From Eledone cirrhosa (lineage: Eukaryota), in the NCBI GenBank assembly GCA_964016885.1, contig OZ024756.1:25544001-25608000 (forward strand): a stretch of 64,000 bases of DNA. The letters run 5' to 3'. The notes under the pieces were generated by a model that was not told the DNA's origin, ran no database searches, and was given only the letters and a program-made list of their open reading frames with translations. Position numbers and translations under genes: made by a program. Shown in pieces: positions 28,789 to 46,169 of the stretch; position 1 is the first letter of the stretch; every line of letters begins with the position of its first letter.

Positions 28789-31700
28789 ATGGGTGCTACA
28801 CATGTTGAAGAATCTAGCCCTCAAACAGGTAAACTTTACACCTGTGAGCACTGCCAAATGACATTCTCTCGACCTGTGCACCTGGAAAGACATATGAGAA
28901 ATGTCCACTCTCAGGAGAGAGAGTCAGTATGTAACATCTGTCAGAAACTGTTTCAAAATAAACATTATTTATCCGTCCACATGCTCACCCACAATGTCAA
29001 CAAAGAGCTTCAGTGTCCCCTCTGTAAGATGGCATTTAATAACCTGGCTTCTTTAAATAAACACAAAGACGCTCACCTGGGTATTGGTTTAGCACCGGTA
29101 CAGAAAGACAATCCAAACAACTTTCGGCATCCACGGACTGTTGCTAACCTGTTGGCTGCCGCTGCTGCAACCAACCAGCAGCCCAATCGGGCCAACCCAT
29201 CAAATGTGCCCTTAATTAGTGTGGCTCCTGGCCTTAACAATGCAACCACTTTGAACTGTGATTTACGTTCAACAGACTTAAGGTCGATGAACAAAAACAA
29301 AAGGAATTTACTGTCGAATCCTGTTTCTCTTCAGAATGCGATGAGAGTCTCATCGAATGACACCACCGTTAACTGTGATCTGACATCCAGAGACATCAAC
29401 TCCCTCAACACAAACCAAGACCGGGCTGTGAGAATGGCTCAAAAGCGCCCCAGTAACAGTGATAATGATGTCATAGTCACTGGGGTCAGTTCACTGAAGC
29501 GACCCTTCCGATTTCAAAACTTATCTAATTCCACAGCAGCTCAGAACCGACAGCCTCAACTGTCAAAGGCAGCAGCTATTTCACTTTTGTCCCAGCAATT
29601 GGCCTCCTCCCAGAATAACTCTCAGAATTCCCTCTTACAGAATCAAATCCAGGTTCAAAGTTCTAATTCGCGCCAGAACTCTGCACACAATTCTTCTGGT
29701 AGAAATGTTACTGACCGAATCTATTTGCTGCCTGAAAATAGCAACAACAGAAATGTCGCAAGAATGCAACCACCATCAAATTTTAGGTACAGTCAAAGAA
29801 AACAGTTAGCTGCTCAACAACCAATTCCAAATCAGCGTTATTCAACCAATAATCTTTATTCCACTCCTTTAAGTCAACATCAACAGAGTCAAAGGAATGT
29901 TGTTAACTGTGATTTAACCCGTTCTGACCTAGCTACAATCAGTCAAAGATCAGGGGCCGCTGCTTCAAATATGGGGTCACAGTTCTCTAATGGTAACAAA
30001 TTATCAAATAATAGTACAGTGAACTGTGATCTGACAATTTCCAATATCAGCTCATTGAACCGTAACTACAGATCTAACAACAACAACAACCTGATTGCAT
30101 CCCGGTCGAGAAACGCTGTTTCTCAGAATAATCTCCCTTCCAACCGAGTGAGAAGTGCCGTGAATTTTGATCTCACCACAGATGATATAAATTTCCTGAG
30201 AAGAAACCGGCGCATACGTCAGGTGGGAAGGTTAACTGACGTTGGTGCAGCGACCTCTGGTGGTCAAACATCGAATACTTTGAACTGCGACCTGTCTGTT
30301 GTTAATTTAGGTGCCATGGAACGAAACAAAATGTTACCGAGCAATAACAGTCGAATTGGTCGGATAAATTTGAATCAAATCCCCAAACAGGTGCAGAATA
30401 CACTCAACAGCAGTCTTCGGGCAAATAACATTAATGACTGGAACAAACGTAACACAATAATGTACCAGCAAAAGGCCAACCAAATCTTACAGAATCCTGC
30501 AAGCCGCTCAGTCAATACCCTTAATTGTGATCTTACCAATGTTAACCTGGGTACTTTGAACCAACAGCAAGCTGCCAACAACAATATCATTAATCAGCAG
30601 GTTCGTCCAGTTCAAATTTACGCAAACAGCAATCTTCCTCTTAATTCACTAGTTCGTAAAGAGATGAATGCAAGAGAAAACAACATGACCAGTAGCAGCA
30701 ACAATAGTTTCCCTGTGCAGATCGTAAGGAACCGTAACCAGCAGAAACGTCCTGTGAATAACAACCAATTGGCGTCTGCTTTGAACATCCCGAATGCCAT
30801 GTTGATCTCCCGGCTGAATCGTCAGAGGAAGATGTTAGCTACTAACACTAACACTAATAACAATAACAACATCATCCCTGTTATAGATCTTGTGGCCGAG
30901 GAAGAGAAAGCTTCTAAAGTAACTTCAGGATCGACTGAAGTGGTTCAGTTTGATTTGACCAATCCCGACATCAACATCATCAGTTATGAGAATGGTACCA
31001 GCTTGTCTAGTAGTAAGTCGACTTCCAAAAATGTTGTTGATATTGTTGACTTGGAGTCTCATGACAGCTCTGGAAGGCCTTCAGCGACGAATAATCGAGC
31101 ATCCGTGGTGGAGTTTGACCTTTCCAACAATAACATCAGAGCGTTTAATACAAATCAAAATCGTATTTCAAACACAAGTACAATCAATTTGAACAGCAAT
31201 CTGTGGACGTCGTCTAACTCTGCTAGAAACAACAGCCTGAATGTCCAGTCTGCTACCATAGACAATAACGCCAGTTCATCTTCATTGTCAGACATCACTC
31301 TTGTTGACATTCGATCTTTGAGGCCATCAGGGGAAATTAGTGAAACCGTTGGTAGACATGTTGATGAAGTCGGTGAAAAATCTTCCGTCTCTGGCATTAC
31401 TCTTGTAGATATCCGATCACTGAGTAGTGCAGAGATTGAAGCCAACTTCCAAACAGCCAACAAAGAACCATTAACTATACCAAATTTGGAAACATCAGAG
31501 CTGATGCATTCTGGGAAAGATTCTGAAAGTTATCAAGTTGGGAATAGCTCACTTACAGCTTCTAAAGTTTCAACATTGAATTCACTAAACCAAGCATCAC
31601 CTAGCAAGGAGATAATTACTGTTGATCTTAGTTCCATTGACTTTGAAGACCTAGACGAGGCCAAAAGTATGGCAACACAACCAAGCAAACCAACGTCCGA

Positions 31701-32616
31701 CATTCTCGAAGATGACAGCTTCACTTGTAAATATTGTTCTGTGAAAACACGTTTCCTCTACAACTACATCTTTCACCTTAAATCTCACTTGGAAACAGGG
31801 TTTTGTATCTGCTACTATTGTGACTCTGTGTTTGAAGACTTTCGCAAGCTCGTTGTCCATCTGGTGTCTCATGTTAGCAACCTAAAGAACCAGTGTGTTT
31901 TCTGTCGTAACGTCTTAATCTCCAGCACCAACCCCATCCAACACATGACGGAGTGTGGAGAGCTCCAATGTGTGATGTTCGAAGCCGGATCTTGTGTGAA
32001 AACAGAACAATCTGAGGTAAAGAATGAAAGCAAGGTGAGCACGGAAACAAAGAGTGGAATTGCAGAAAAGACAGAGAAAGAAGTGGGTAATTTGGAAGAG
32101 AGACTGTTGGAGGAGGTGGAGAAACAAGCATTAGTAATATTGGCAAACCAAGACAAGGAAATGTCTGGTGTAGCTGATGAGGATGTGAGTGGGGTGGAAG
32201 GAGAGGAAAAAAAGACGGAAGAGGGAGGAGAGACAGAGAAAAGAGAGGAGGAAGGATTGGGTATTAATACTGATATAAAAGAATCAGACATGTTGCAGGA
32301 GGGGGAGGAGAATGAGAGAGGGAAGAGTAAAGAAGTGATGGAGGGAGAAGGGAGTGACTGTTTAGAGGAAGACAGTAAGAACAAGGGAACCAATAATGAG
32401 TTAATAGAAGGGGGAAAAGAAGAAACCACGGTGGAGGTGGGAGAAAGAGAGCAAAAGGAGACTGAAGGGGTGGGAGGTGAGGTGGAGGAGGAGGAGGGGT
32501 CTAAGGAAAGTGGTAACGAAGAGAAGCTGGATGAAGATAGCATTGAATGGAAGGTAAAGCAAGAAATTGATAGAACAGACCAATTGATTTCAGAACTCAA
32601 TCAAGATTCTCTATAG
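28789..32616 (+). CDS. C2H2 zinc-finger protein, 1275 aa, single coding exon
   Basis: Three N-terminal C2H2 fingers (CEHC..H..H, CNIC..H..H, CPLC..H..H). Long Asn/Gln/Ser-rich middle. Three C-terminal fingers (CKYC, CYYC, CVFC..H...C) and a Glu-rich tail. AAAAATGG start context; strong acceptor at 28058 upstream. Confidence 0.93.
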   Translation: MGATHVEESSPQTGKLYTCEHCQMTFSRPVHLERHMRNVHSQERESVCNICQKLFQNKHYLSVHMLTHNVNKELQCPLCKMAFNNLASLNKHKDAHLGIGLAPVQKDNPNNFRHPRTVANLLAAAAATNQQPNRANPSNVPLISVAPGLNNATTLNCDLRSTDLRSMNKNKRNLLSNPVSLQNAMRVSSNDTTVNCDLTSRDINSLNTNQDRAVRMAQKRPSNSDNDVIVTGVSSLKRPFRFQNLSNSTAAQNRQPQLSKAAAISLLSQQLASSQNNSQNSLLQNQIQVQSSNSRQNSAHNSSGRNVTDRIYLLPENSNNRNVARMQPPSNFRYSQRKQLAAQQPIPNQRYSTNNLYSTPLSQHQQSQRNVVNCDLTRSDLATISQRSGAAASNMGSQFSNGNKLSNNSTVNCDLTISNISSLNRNYRSNNNNNLIASRSRNAVSQNNLPSNRVRSAVNFDLTTDDINFLRRNRRIRQVGRLTDVGAATSGGQTSNTLNCDLSVVNLGAMERNKMLPSNNSRIGRINLNQIPKQVQNTLNSSLRANNINDWNKRNTIMYQQKANQILQNPASRSVNTLNCDLTNVNLGTLNQQQAANNNIINQQVRPVQIYANSNLPLNSLVRKEMNARENNMTSSSNNSFPVQIVRNRNQQKRPVNNNQLASALNIPNAMLISRLNRQRKMLATNTNTNNNNNIIPVIDLVAEEEKASKVTSGSTEVVQFDLTNPDINIISYENGTSLSSSKSTSKNVVDIVDLESHDSSGRPSATNNRASVVEFDLSNNNIRAFNTNQNRISNTSTINLNSNLWTSSNSARNNSLNVQSATIDNNASSSSLSDITLVDIRSLRPSGEISETVGRHVDEVGEKSSVSGITLVDIRSLSSAEIEANFQTANKEPLTIPNLETSELMHSGKDSESYQVGNSSLTASKVSTLNSLNQASPSKEIITVDLSSIDFEDLDEAKSMATQPSKPTSDILEDDSFTCKYCSVKTRFLYNYIFHLKSHLETGFCICYYCDSVFEDFRKLVVHLVSHVSNLKNQCVFCRNVLISSTNPIQHMTECGELQCVMFEAGSCVKTEQSEVKNESKVSTETKSGIAEKTEKEVGNLEERLLEEVEKQALVILANQDKEMSGVADEDVSGVEGEEKKTEEGGETEKREEEGLGINTDIKESDMLQEGEENERGKSKEVMEGEGSDCLEEDSKNKGTNNELIEGGKEETTVEVGEREQKETEGVGGEVEEEEGSKESGNEEKLDEDSIEWKVKQEIDRTDQLISELNQDSL

Positions 32617-32945
32617 AAACATATATATCTATATATATGTGTGTGTTTGTATTTGTACATATATATGTGTGTATATGTATATATATTTACGTGTATATAT
32701 ATATATTTATGTATGTATATATGTATGGGTGTTTTGTTGTACAAGAGAGAAAAAAGGAATACTCAATAAATAAGTTGTATGTGCATATATATATATATGC
32801 ACATCAGCTCTCATACATTCAATATATATCATAAAAAAATGTATGTGTATATGTAATGTATATTATTGCATGTATGCATGAGAGCATATTAGCATGGGCC
32901 TGTTTGTATCTATATAGGGACACATACACATGTTTGTGTATATAT

Positions 32946-32976
<31 letters not shown>

Positions 32977-34751
32977 ATGTATATGCACATTGAAACAGAC
33001 AAATGCATACACACATTGTCACACTTAGATATTGGTGTATGTCTGCAGGATGGCGCGTGCGTGTGTGTATGTATGTATGTCTATCAATTTCAAGTATGTG
33101 TGTGTGTGTATATAATATATTTTTGCTAGTAACTGATACATCTGGTGCTGGAGTTAAAGAATATTCATCATAGTTTTTTTTTTTTTTTTTATGGTTTGCC
33201 AACAGACCACCACATATATATATATACACACACATAAATAAATACATACATACTTGCTTCTATATATCATACCTGCATTGAAATGTGTGTGTATATATAT
33301 ATGTTTGTATGTATGTATGTATATATATATTTATTGTAATTATCTCATAACGTTCTCCAAAGTTTTATGGCGATATACATATATACACGTGTGTGTATAT
33401 ATATATATGTGTGTATATATATGTGTATTTGTGCGTGTGTATATATATATATAAACACATTTTCACATGTTTATAGATGTATATACACACATATAAACTT
33501 AGGCACCTCTTATGCTACAAGAAACAAACAATATTGAATAAAGAACCATTGGTTGCTGTAAAAGAATGCTTGTTTTTAAACTATTATTGTTATAGAGTTT
33601 GTGTAAAAAGGATTTCACATCATGAATTTTATTCTATTTATTTCATATATATATCAATTTTCCTTATGTTAAAATAATATTTCCCTTGTGATTGTATTTC
33701 AGTAAAAAAAATTTTTATATATATTTCAGTAAAAAAAATTCTTTTCTTTTTCATTTCGGTTAAAATATATATATTTTTTAATTGTCCTCATCTTTTAACG
33801 TCCGTTTTCTCTGCTAGCAAGACAGTACTTAATCAGAATTACTGATCTCTCAAATGGACTAGGACCTCATTTAGCTTACTTACAGCTGGATGCCCTTCCT
33901 ATCACCAAACACTATACAGGTACTGTGTGCGATTTTTGTTGGTCATTGACTTAACTGAAGAGTCCTTTCTACTCTATGATGGGGGAAGATAGGATAACAA
34001 TAGGGAGTAGGAAATATGATGTCATGAGTGCTTTTTTTTTTTTGTGGTACCAGCACTATCAGTGCCACTTTACACTGTACAGAGTGCATTATTTTGTGGC
34101 ACTATATATATCATATGTTCCTCTAGACAGAACAATCTTCTCAAACCCTATATTGTCCCTGTTGGTTGCCAACACTAGCTTCTATCCCCTCACCACATTA
34201 CTCACAATGATTGCACTGGTTGGTGAGTCTTTTTGTATATCACCAGTCAGCTCAGTCCTGGGAGACAGGTTTTTTTGTATTATGGCATAACACCAGTCAG
34301 CTTGGGTCATGTATCATCTTTGTGAGGTTGAGTTTTTTATACCATTTTTCACAGCTTTGTCTCACTCACACATACACACAATGAGAGAAAGGTGTTCACT
34401 AATAGTTTTGTATGTGTAGAAGTGAAATGACTAACTGGATGGGTTGGTAGGTAATTTATTCTATAATTGATTCACACTTCATTCAGAGTTCATAGATTTT
34501 TCACTGAAGAAAATACTGTTGAATTTTTATTGTTTTAGTTGTAGATGCTGCTGTTTTTTTTTTTTTGTTGGCCACCCCATCCCACCACCCACCTAGATAC
34601 CCACCCACTCTACTGGTCTTCACTGCTCGATCTGATGGCATGGTTAGAGGTCATTGAGATATGTCCCTTCCTCCCTGACAAATCTAGCGTCCACTCACCC
34701 ATTTGCATATGTCATATCTGCTATGTATGACTTGCAACAGACAGACACACT

Positions 34752-38690
<3,939 letters not shown>

Positions 38691-39108
38691 ATCATCATCA
38701 TCATCGTTTAACGTCCATATTCCATGCTTGCATGGGTTTGGACGGGAGTTTTCCCCACTTGAGGCAAGAGTGGTTGTCTTGCTCGCATAGGACTGTCTGG
38801 CGTGTTTTCTACAGCTGGATGCCTTTCCTAACACCAACCACATTTACAGTGTGGAACTGGGAGGTTTTTACCGTGTTACCTACACGGCCACATTACAGCA
38901 TGGACTGTGTGTTTTTTTTTGTCGTGACACCTACACGACCTCATTTGTTTCGGCCTGGATGTTGTGGTGCCAACATAACTTTACATTGAAAGGGGTGGTG
39001 TGGATGGGGTGGGGGTAGTGGAACGGGGGTGTATTTTGTTAGAGGTGCCTACTGACTAGTAGGTTTTACTTTGTAGTTAGGTAAGGTGGGTCTTCTCTAT
39101 TACTGTGT
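38691..39108 (-). mobile_element. RTE LINE 3' end, second 3'-UTR subfamily
   Basis: (CAT)n tail and ggatgcctttcctaacaccaacc motif. Highly similar to 44075-44470 and 62283-62590. Confidence 0.88.
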
Positions 39109-39121
39109 AAAATATATATAT

Positions 39122-39153
<32 letters not shown>

Positions 39154-39232
39154 TTATAATAATTCTATTGTGGGAGAACCATTTTAACCATTCAAAATAA
39201 ATAAATAGATAATTGAACACACACAAAAACTG

Positions 39233-39482
39233 TTAACCATTTCATTACCATATTTATTATGAAAGTCACAACCTATGTTTTTAGAATAATTTTGAAAATA
39301 GTCAAGAATCTGAGGGGATTTAGATATATAACAAATTTTCTCAAAAATTGATATTTGGAACATAATTGAATGCAGGTTCTTATATAATATTATAACAAAT
39401 GGCTTTCAGATGAATATAAACATTTGAAAACAAGCTGTTTTGTATTATTGAATCAAGGCTGGTTTATTGTTAAAAGGGTTAA
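39233..39482. mobile_element. Degenerate piggyBac-type MITE, family 2
   Basis: ttaacc... start and ...aaaagggttaa end. Related internal sequence at ~55990-56254 and ~60156-60372. Confidence 0.5.
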
Positions 39483-41659
39483 ATTAAGTTGGACTGATGG
39501 GTTTAAAGATAAAGACAGGAAGTAGGAGAGAAGATGATCGCAGTGAATGAGAATTGTAGAAAGGAAGGCAGAGGATTTGGAGCCATGATGGGATCAAAAG
39601 AAACAAGAAATGGCAGCATTTTTATTAAAATTCCAATTTAGTAGCTTTTACCATCATTTTAAATTAGTATAAGAAAGTATCAAATTTATTTTTCATCTAA
39701 AGCTGGGATCATTATAATCTAAAAAATATTTTAATTATATTAACAATGACCTGTCTCAAACAATGCAATCATAGAAGAGTCAGTTAACCATTAAATAAAA
39801 AAACAAACAAGCTGTTACTTTTTCTTCATATTGATCAAATTTCTTCAACATTTTCATCACACTGTTTGTGACCTGGTCACTGACACAGTTTGACTAAAAT
39901 GACTCTTCCACAGTGTAATTAAATGCTTTAATTATCAACACAGCCTCAGATGAAGTCACTTGTCAGTACAACTGGAGCTAAAATACTTTTATGGTTGTTA
40001 TGACATGTACATTAGAACGTTGAATGGAACGCTTTGTCTTTCATCTTTTCAAGGTTGATAAAATAAATACCAGTCAAGTACTGAGGTCCATTCTTCTATA
40101 TCTCTTTCTCACTCTCACTCTCTCTCTCTCCTCTGGGAGAAATTGGCTGTGTTCAGACCTGGAGAGGGGATGTGCTTACCAGGTTTAAAATCCTTAAGAC
40201 ATGCCATATTTCATAACGTTACCCCTACAACTCCATCAGGAGTTACAGGTCCATACACACATATAGACAGACATGAAAGTCAGGTGTTTGGCTGGATCAG
40301 TAGAGCATCCATCAGACAAAATTTTTTGTGACATCTGGTTGTGGTCCTTTGATTCCAACTACTTTGCCTTTAATTTTTCTAAAGTTGGTGAAATATGTAT
40401 TGGGCGTTTGTGTGGTTGCTTATAAGGAAGGAGTGCTCTAGAATAGCCATAGTTCAGTCACTGAAACCAGTGAAAGAATAGGGTAATATGACCAACATTC
40501 TAACTCAGGTCTTGCCCTTTATTGTAAGGTCGTAAAGTGATGTGATCTATTCAGTGTGTTGAGGGTGATTTGACTGCTAGATAGAGCTGGCGAATAGGGA
40601 CCAGACATTGTTTAATATATTCACCCGCAGTAAACTAGCATCCTATCCCTGGGTAGATTACTATTACATCTACTTGACCCATGCCTTTTCAGTGAAATTT
40701 AATTGATAAAAACTGCTGAAACTCATCATGTATATATTACCATCAACATCACTGTTTAATTTTCCATGCTTGCTTGTATTAGATGGGTTGTCACATTCTG
40801 AGGTTGGACAGGTCAGATGGCCACATCTTGCTCATATGTTCCGTTTTTAGCTTGGTTTCTATCTCTAGATGACCTTCCTAATGCTAACCATTTTACAGCT
40901 TGTACTTGGAGCATTTTATCATGGCACCAACAATTTCACCATACAGGATGGACTGGGTACTATTTATTGTGGGCACCGGCAATATATATGTGGGTGTGTC
41001 TCTGTTCACTTTTACTGTTTATGTCCTGTAATTTAGTGGTTCAAGAAAAAGAGATTGTTAAAATGTCCTGGGAGTTATTATGATTGACCAAATCCTTTCA
41101 AATCAGTATACCGGCATGGTCGTCTAATGATTGAAATCTGTAAAAGAATATATATATATAATGTGTATGTATTATATATAATGTGTATATATTATATATA
41201 ACATATATAAGTATATGTGTATGGACTCATCCAGTGGATTCTGTTGTCAGAAAGATCTCACTTTGTTCAAGCAGAGTTATCCACCTTGCCCAAGTACATA
41301 ATACAATAGTTGGTTGTACATTTCACCTTTCAATTCGTGGCCACATCACATTAAACTTGGCTCAATACACACACACACACATAAATATATAATATATAAC
41401 ATACATACATTTACACTTATATGTGTGACTGTGTATATATTAGTTTAAATGAAAAGTTTTTGAGAGACCATATGTGTGTGCGTGTGAAAAAAGATAGGCA
41501 CACACACATATAAAGAAATAGTTATCTTTTGCTAGCATGGAAAGCAGACGTAAAATAATAATGTATCTATGTATATCGGTTTGTATTTGTTTTACAAGAT
41601 TTCTCATCTGAAAACGTGAGTTGAAATAGATATTGTTATACTTTGGGAGGGTCACGCTG

Positions 41660-42062
41660 ACTATAAAAACACACGTAACTGTTTAATTTGGGTTGGAGTT
41701 TGTTTATGTTTGTTGCTTCTACAATCTGTCGGAGCATTGTGTCTTTTCTGTGTGTGGATATGATTTTTATTTCTATGTTCCATTTTTGGCATGTTTGAGG
41801 AGTACTGATGATTTCTTCCCATCTTGGAGTTCTCACAAATGTTCATTTATTCTTTCACCTATGTAAGTTGTGTTCTTATTCCAACACTGTCCCTCTGTAC
41901 ATCTTATACTATATACTATGTTCCTAGTTTTGCAGTTAATTTGTTGGCTTAATTTGCAGACTATACTTTTTCTATCAGTGCAGAGCCTTTTTTTTTTCAA
42001 TATGTTATGTTCTACTAATTAGGGCTTTTATGGGAATACCTGGTCTTTCAACTATCTTAATA
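41660..42062 (-). mobile_element. Penelope-like element remnant (GIY-YIG endonuclease region)
   Basis: Translation across stops and frameshifts: KIVERPGIPIKALI...NCKTRNIVYSIRCTEGQC..TYIGE.RINEHL..KKSSVLLKH...IKII..HRKDTMLRQIVEATNINKLQPKLN. Confidence 0.85.
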
Positions 42063-44074
42063 TTTAATTTTTGTCTAGAGCCCTTCTAAATCTGTAAACT
42101 AGCTCGTCCCTGGTATTTATTGCTATCATACCACGAGTTGACATACAGAGACGCATAAAAATCAAACTAATAAAACAAACCAGACACACACAGATAGAAC
42201 AAGCAATCAACTAGTGACAATAAATAAAAACACACTCACTCAGATATAATGCATGTGTAACTCAAATACACAGCACACAACAAACAAAAACAAAATGGTG
42301 TATGACAACAAAGGAGAGACACAAAATAAATTAATCACTAAGGAGGTCACAGAATGTGTGACGAAAGAGCTTTGACAATAAATAAACAACCATCTGGTTA
42401 TTAAACCAACCAATTGGAAATTTGTAATAAATTGAAGTGAAAACCAACAGGTGCATGTGTTTTTATTGGCAGCATGACCCTCCCAAGTATAACAATATGC
42501 GTGTGTGTGTGTTTTGGGAAAAGATATACCAAGTAACATTATAATAATAATAATTATTATTAATGGTGATGGATTGGCAGAATCGGTAGAACATCAGACA
42601 AAATATCTGGTGGGATTTAGTTATGTCACTTTCTGTTCTATGTACAAATCTTATCAAGGTCAGTTCATGTAAGAAATTATTATTGAGAATGTTGGACAAA
42701 ATGCCTTGCAGTATTTATTCCAACACTTTATGTTCTGAGTTCAGATCCCACCAAGGTCAAATTTGCCTTTCCGCCATCCATGTTCGATAGGGATCGATAC
42801 CATCTACTTCCTCCTCCTCCCAAATTGCTGGTCTTGTGTCAATATTGGGGAAAAAAAAATTATTATTATTATTATTATTATTATGAACATTTCATTTCAG
42901 CATTGTGAGATGTACAGAAATCTGAAGTTAGAAACAGTTCAGGCATTTTAAATATCTCGGTGTTTCCACTCTGAAGGTGAGTTGGTGGGTGGGTGTTGGA
43001 ATTTATGTAATGTCATCTTGAAACAAACCTGGTGTTAATATCAACTTTTATTGGATTGGACGGGGGAGGGGGTGGGCTACAGACGATCTGAAATTATGAA
43101 GAATAAAAAATATATATATATAGTTTGACTTCCACTCTCAACTTCCTCATTATGTGTTAATTGCTCTTGTCTTTCATTTATATCCACGATTGTACACACA
43201 TGTCAGTGCGTGTGTGTATACTTACATGCACACACACACACACACACACACACGTATATAATCCCACCCTTGCAAGCAAGGAAAAGCGGACGTAAAATGA
43301 TGATATATATATGTATATACAAATATATATATCAAATATGTTTGATTCATGTGCTTCTCAATAAAAAAGCTCAATAGACTTCGTCCAGAGCTGTAATAAT
43401 TCAAATTGAAAGATATATGTATATATAGAGATAGAAAGAGTCATATATTGATGAAAATACACAGTGTCTTGTATATATACAAAGCACATATTTCAAAGAA
43501 AAATATGTACTCTAGATGGAAACAATAAAATTCATTATCACACTATTTCATGCCTTGTAAAAGCATAACTTGAAATTGATCTATGTAATCGATCATAGAT
43601 CACAAACTATCAATTTTGGTCAAGTTATGAGAGACGCTAGACAATCATCAGATGAAAGCTAAACCAGCAAAGTGTAGTCATATTTAACCCAAGGCAAGAG
43701 ATATACACAAAACAGGATGTTTATTCCGCTACAAATATCTTTTAAGTTGAATTCCCTTCTTCAGAGTACAAGGAACTCTCAGAGAAAAATGTTCTGGTTT
43801 CTTCTCTTTGGAATTAAATTTAGATTTAAATTTTATGAACTGCTTTCAAGCATTGTTTGATGGTTACTTTGTTCACAAGAAGAATAACATTAAATGCCGA
43901 TGTAGTAGATATATGTTTATATGTATATATATATAAATATGTATATCTATAAATGTATATATATATATATATATATATGTAAATGTATATATATATAAAT
44001 ATGTATATATATGTAAATGTATATCTATATAAATATGTATATATATATGTAAATATATATCTATATAAATATGT

Positions 44075-44722
44075 ATCATCATCATCATCAACGTTTAACG
44101 TCCGTGTTCCACGCTTGCATGGGTTTGGACGGGGGTAGTCCCACTTGAGGCAAGAGTGATTGTCTTGCTCGCATAGGACTGTCTGGCAGGTTTTCTACAG
44201 TTGGATGCCCTTCCTAACACCAACCACATTTACAGTGTGGGTCTGGGAGGTTTTTACCGTGTTGCCTACACGGCCACATTACAGCGTGGACTGTGTGTTT
44301 TTTGTCGTGACACCTACACGATCTCATTTGTTTCGGCCTGGATGGCGCGGCACCAACATAACTTTACATAGAACGGGGTGGGGGTGGTGGTGGGACGGGG
44401 TGTATTTTGTTAGAGATGCCTACTGGCTGTAGTAGGTTTTACTATGTATTTAGGTAAGGCGGGTCTTCTCTGTTACTGAGTACCGCCAAAGGTCTCGGTC
44501 CAGTGACATTGTCTTGGAGAGGTGTAAGTGTGTGAGGTCGGAGTTTATCAGCTCGTCCCAGGTTTTTCTAGGTCTGCCTATTCCGTTGCTACCGTCTATC
44601 TTTATTGCCCTGCACTTTGTTATACATCTATCGACTTTCATGCGCATCATGTGTCCATACCAACGTAGCCTTCTCTCGAGTAAACAACATCTGATCCCTC
44701 TTATTTCTAATTTTTTCCTTAG
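44075..44722 (-). mobile_element. RTE LINE 3' fragment
   Basis: [32 protein letters not shown]; (CAT)n tail; flanked by TA arrays. Confidence 0.9.
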
Positions 44723-45089
44723 TTATGTAAATATATATCTATATAAATATGTATATGTATATATATGTAAATATATATCTATCTATATAAATATGTATAT
44801 ATATATATGTAAATATATATGTATATATATATATAAATATGTATATATGTGCATATGTATGTATATATTAGGGTTATGACGTTTTGACTTTTTGTAAAAT
44901 AATTGATTTCCTGTACCATAATGCAATGAACTTTTTAAAAATAATGAAGAAAGGTTTATTTTTTTTCTTTTAAATGTCACCCCTAACACGAAATTTCTAA
45001 AATCATATATAAGTATAGTAGTACTATGACTTTCTGGAACCTTCTAGAAATTTCTGGAGCTTTCCTAAACTAAATTTGGAATTTACTCT

Positions 45090-45972
45090 CCTACTCACTA
45101 GCACTTTAGTCTTGGCTAAAGTGCTAGTGAGTAGAAGAAAAGATAGGAGCCAGATTCCCCCAGGGAAGTGACCATGCTCAATATGCAGAAATGGAATAGA
45201 CATAAACTCCATACAATGTACACAATGTAAATCTTGGGTACACAAAAGATGTAGTGGGATAATGAGTAGACTAACAGGAAGGGAGAACTGTACATGGATA
45301 GAAGATGCACAGGAGAAACCGAGAGGAAGAGTGTTAATGATATAAACCTTTTCCAGTTACAGGAAGGATACATAGACATTGTTGATAGCTTCTGCTATCT
45401 AGGTGACTTAATTAGCAGCAAAGGAGGGTGCACCAAGAGTATAATAACTAGAATAAAGATAGGATGGAAGAAGTTTAGAGAACTACTTCCACTGCTGACA
45501 ACAACAGGTTTCTCCCTATGTACAAAAGGAAGGCTGTATGACGCCTAAGTGCAGTACGTAATGCTGCATAGTAGTGAAACATGGGTTGTGACTGCCGATG
45601 ACGTGTAGACTGGAGAGAAATGAAGCAACCATGTTTCGTTGGATGTGCAATGTAAATGTGAGAGAAAGGTAGAGCTTGGATGAACTGAGGGAGAAACTGG
45701 GCTTAAGGGGAATCCAAGATGGTGTATAGGAGATAAGACTGCGTTGGTTTGGACAGTGACTGAGGGGTGAAAAAATGCCAGGAAATCCCAGTGGAAGGAA
45801 GCCGCAGTAGAGGACAACCAAGAAAAACCTGTGAGAGCTGACCTCAAATTGCAAAGACTGGAAGAGATGACAAAGGAACTCAACAAGTGGAGAGATGCTG
45901 TGCTGAGAAGGACCCATCCAACCCAAGCAAGAATGGAAAAATGGACATAAAAATGATGATGATGATGATGAT
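45090..45972 (+). mobile_element. Older diverged RTE LINE 3' fragment
   Basis: [38 protein letters not shown]; (GAT)n tail at ~45954-45970. Confidence 0.88.
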
Positions 45973-46169
45973 ATATATATACATACACACACACATATAT
46001 ATATAGAGAGAGAGAGATGGAGATACATATGTGTGTGTATGTATGTATATAAATATATATATATAGAGAGAGAGATATAGAGAGAGAGAGAGAGAGAGGG
46101 AGATACATGCGTGTGCATGTATATATATATATATGACTAACCCATGCTAGCGTGGAAGATAGACGTTAA

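Noticed and set aside
31869-32600. 243-aa Ser-rich antisense ORF
   Set aside because: Shadow of the Glu-rich sense coding sequence.
41820-41850. In-frame TGA in the PLE endonuclease as selenocysteine
   Set aside because: Not at a Cys position, and the fragment has other stops, a deletion and frameshifts; ordinary decay is more likely.
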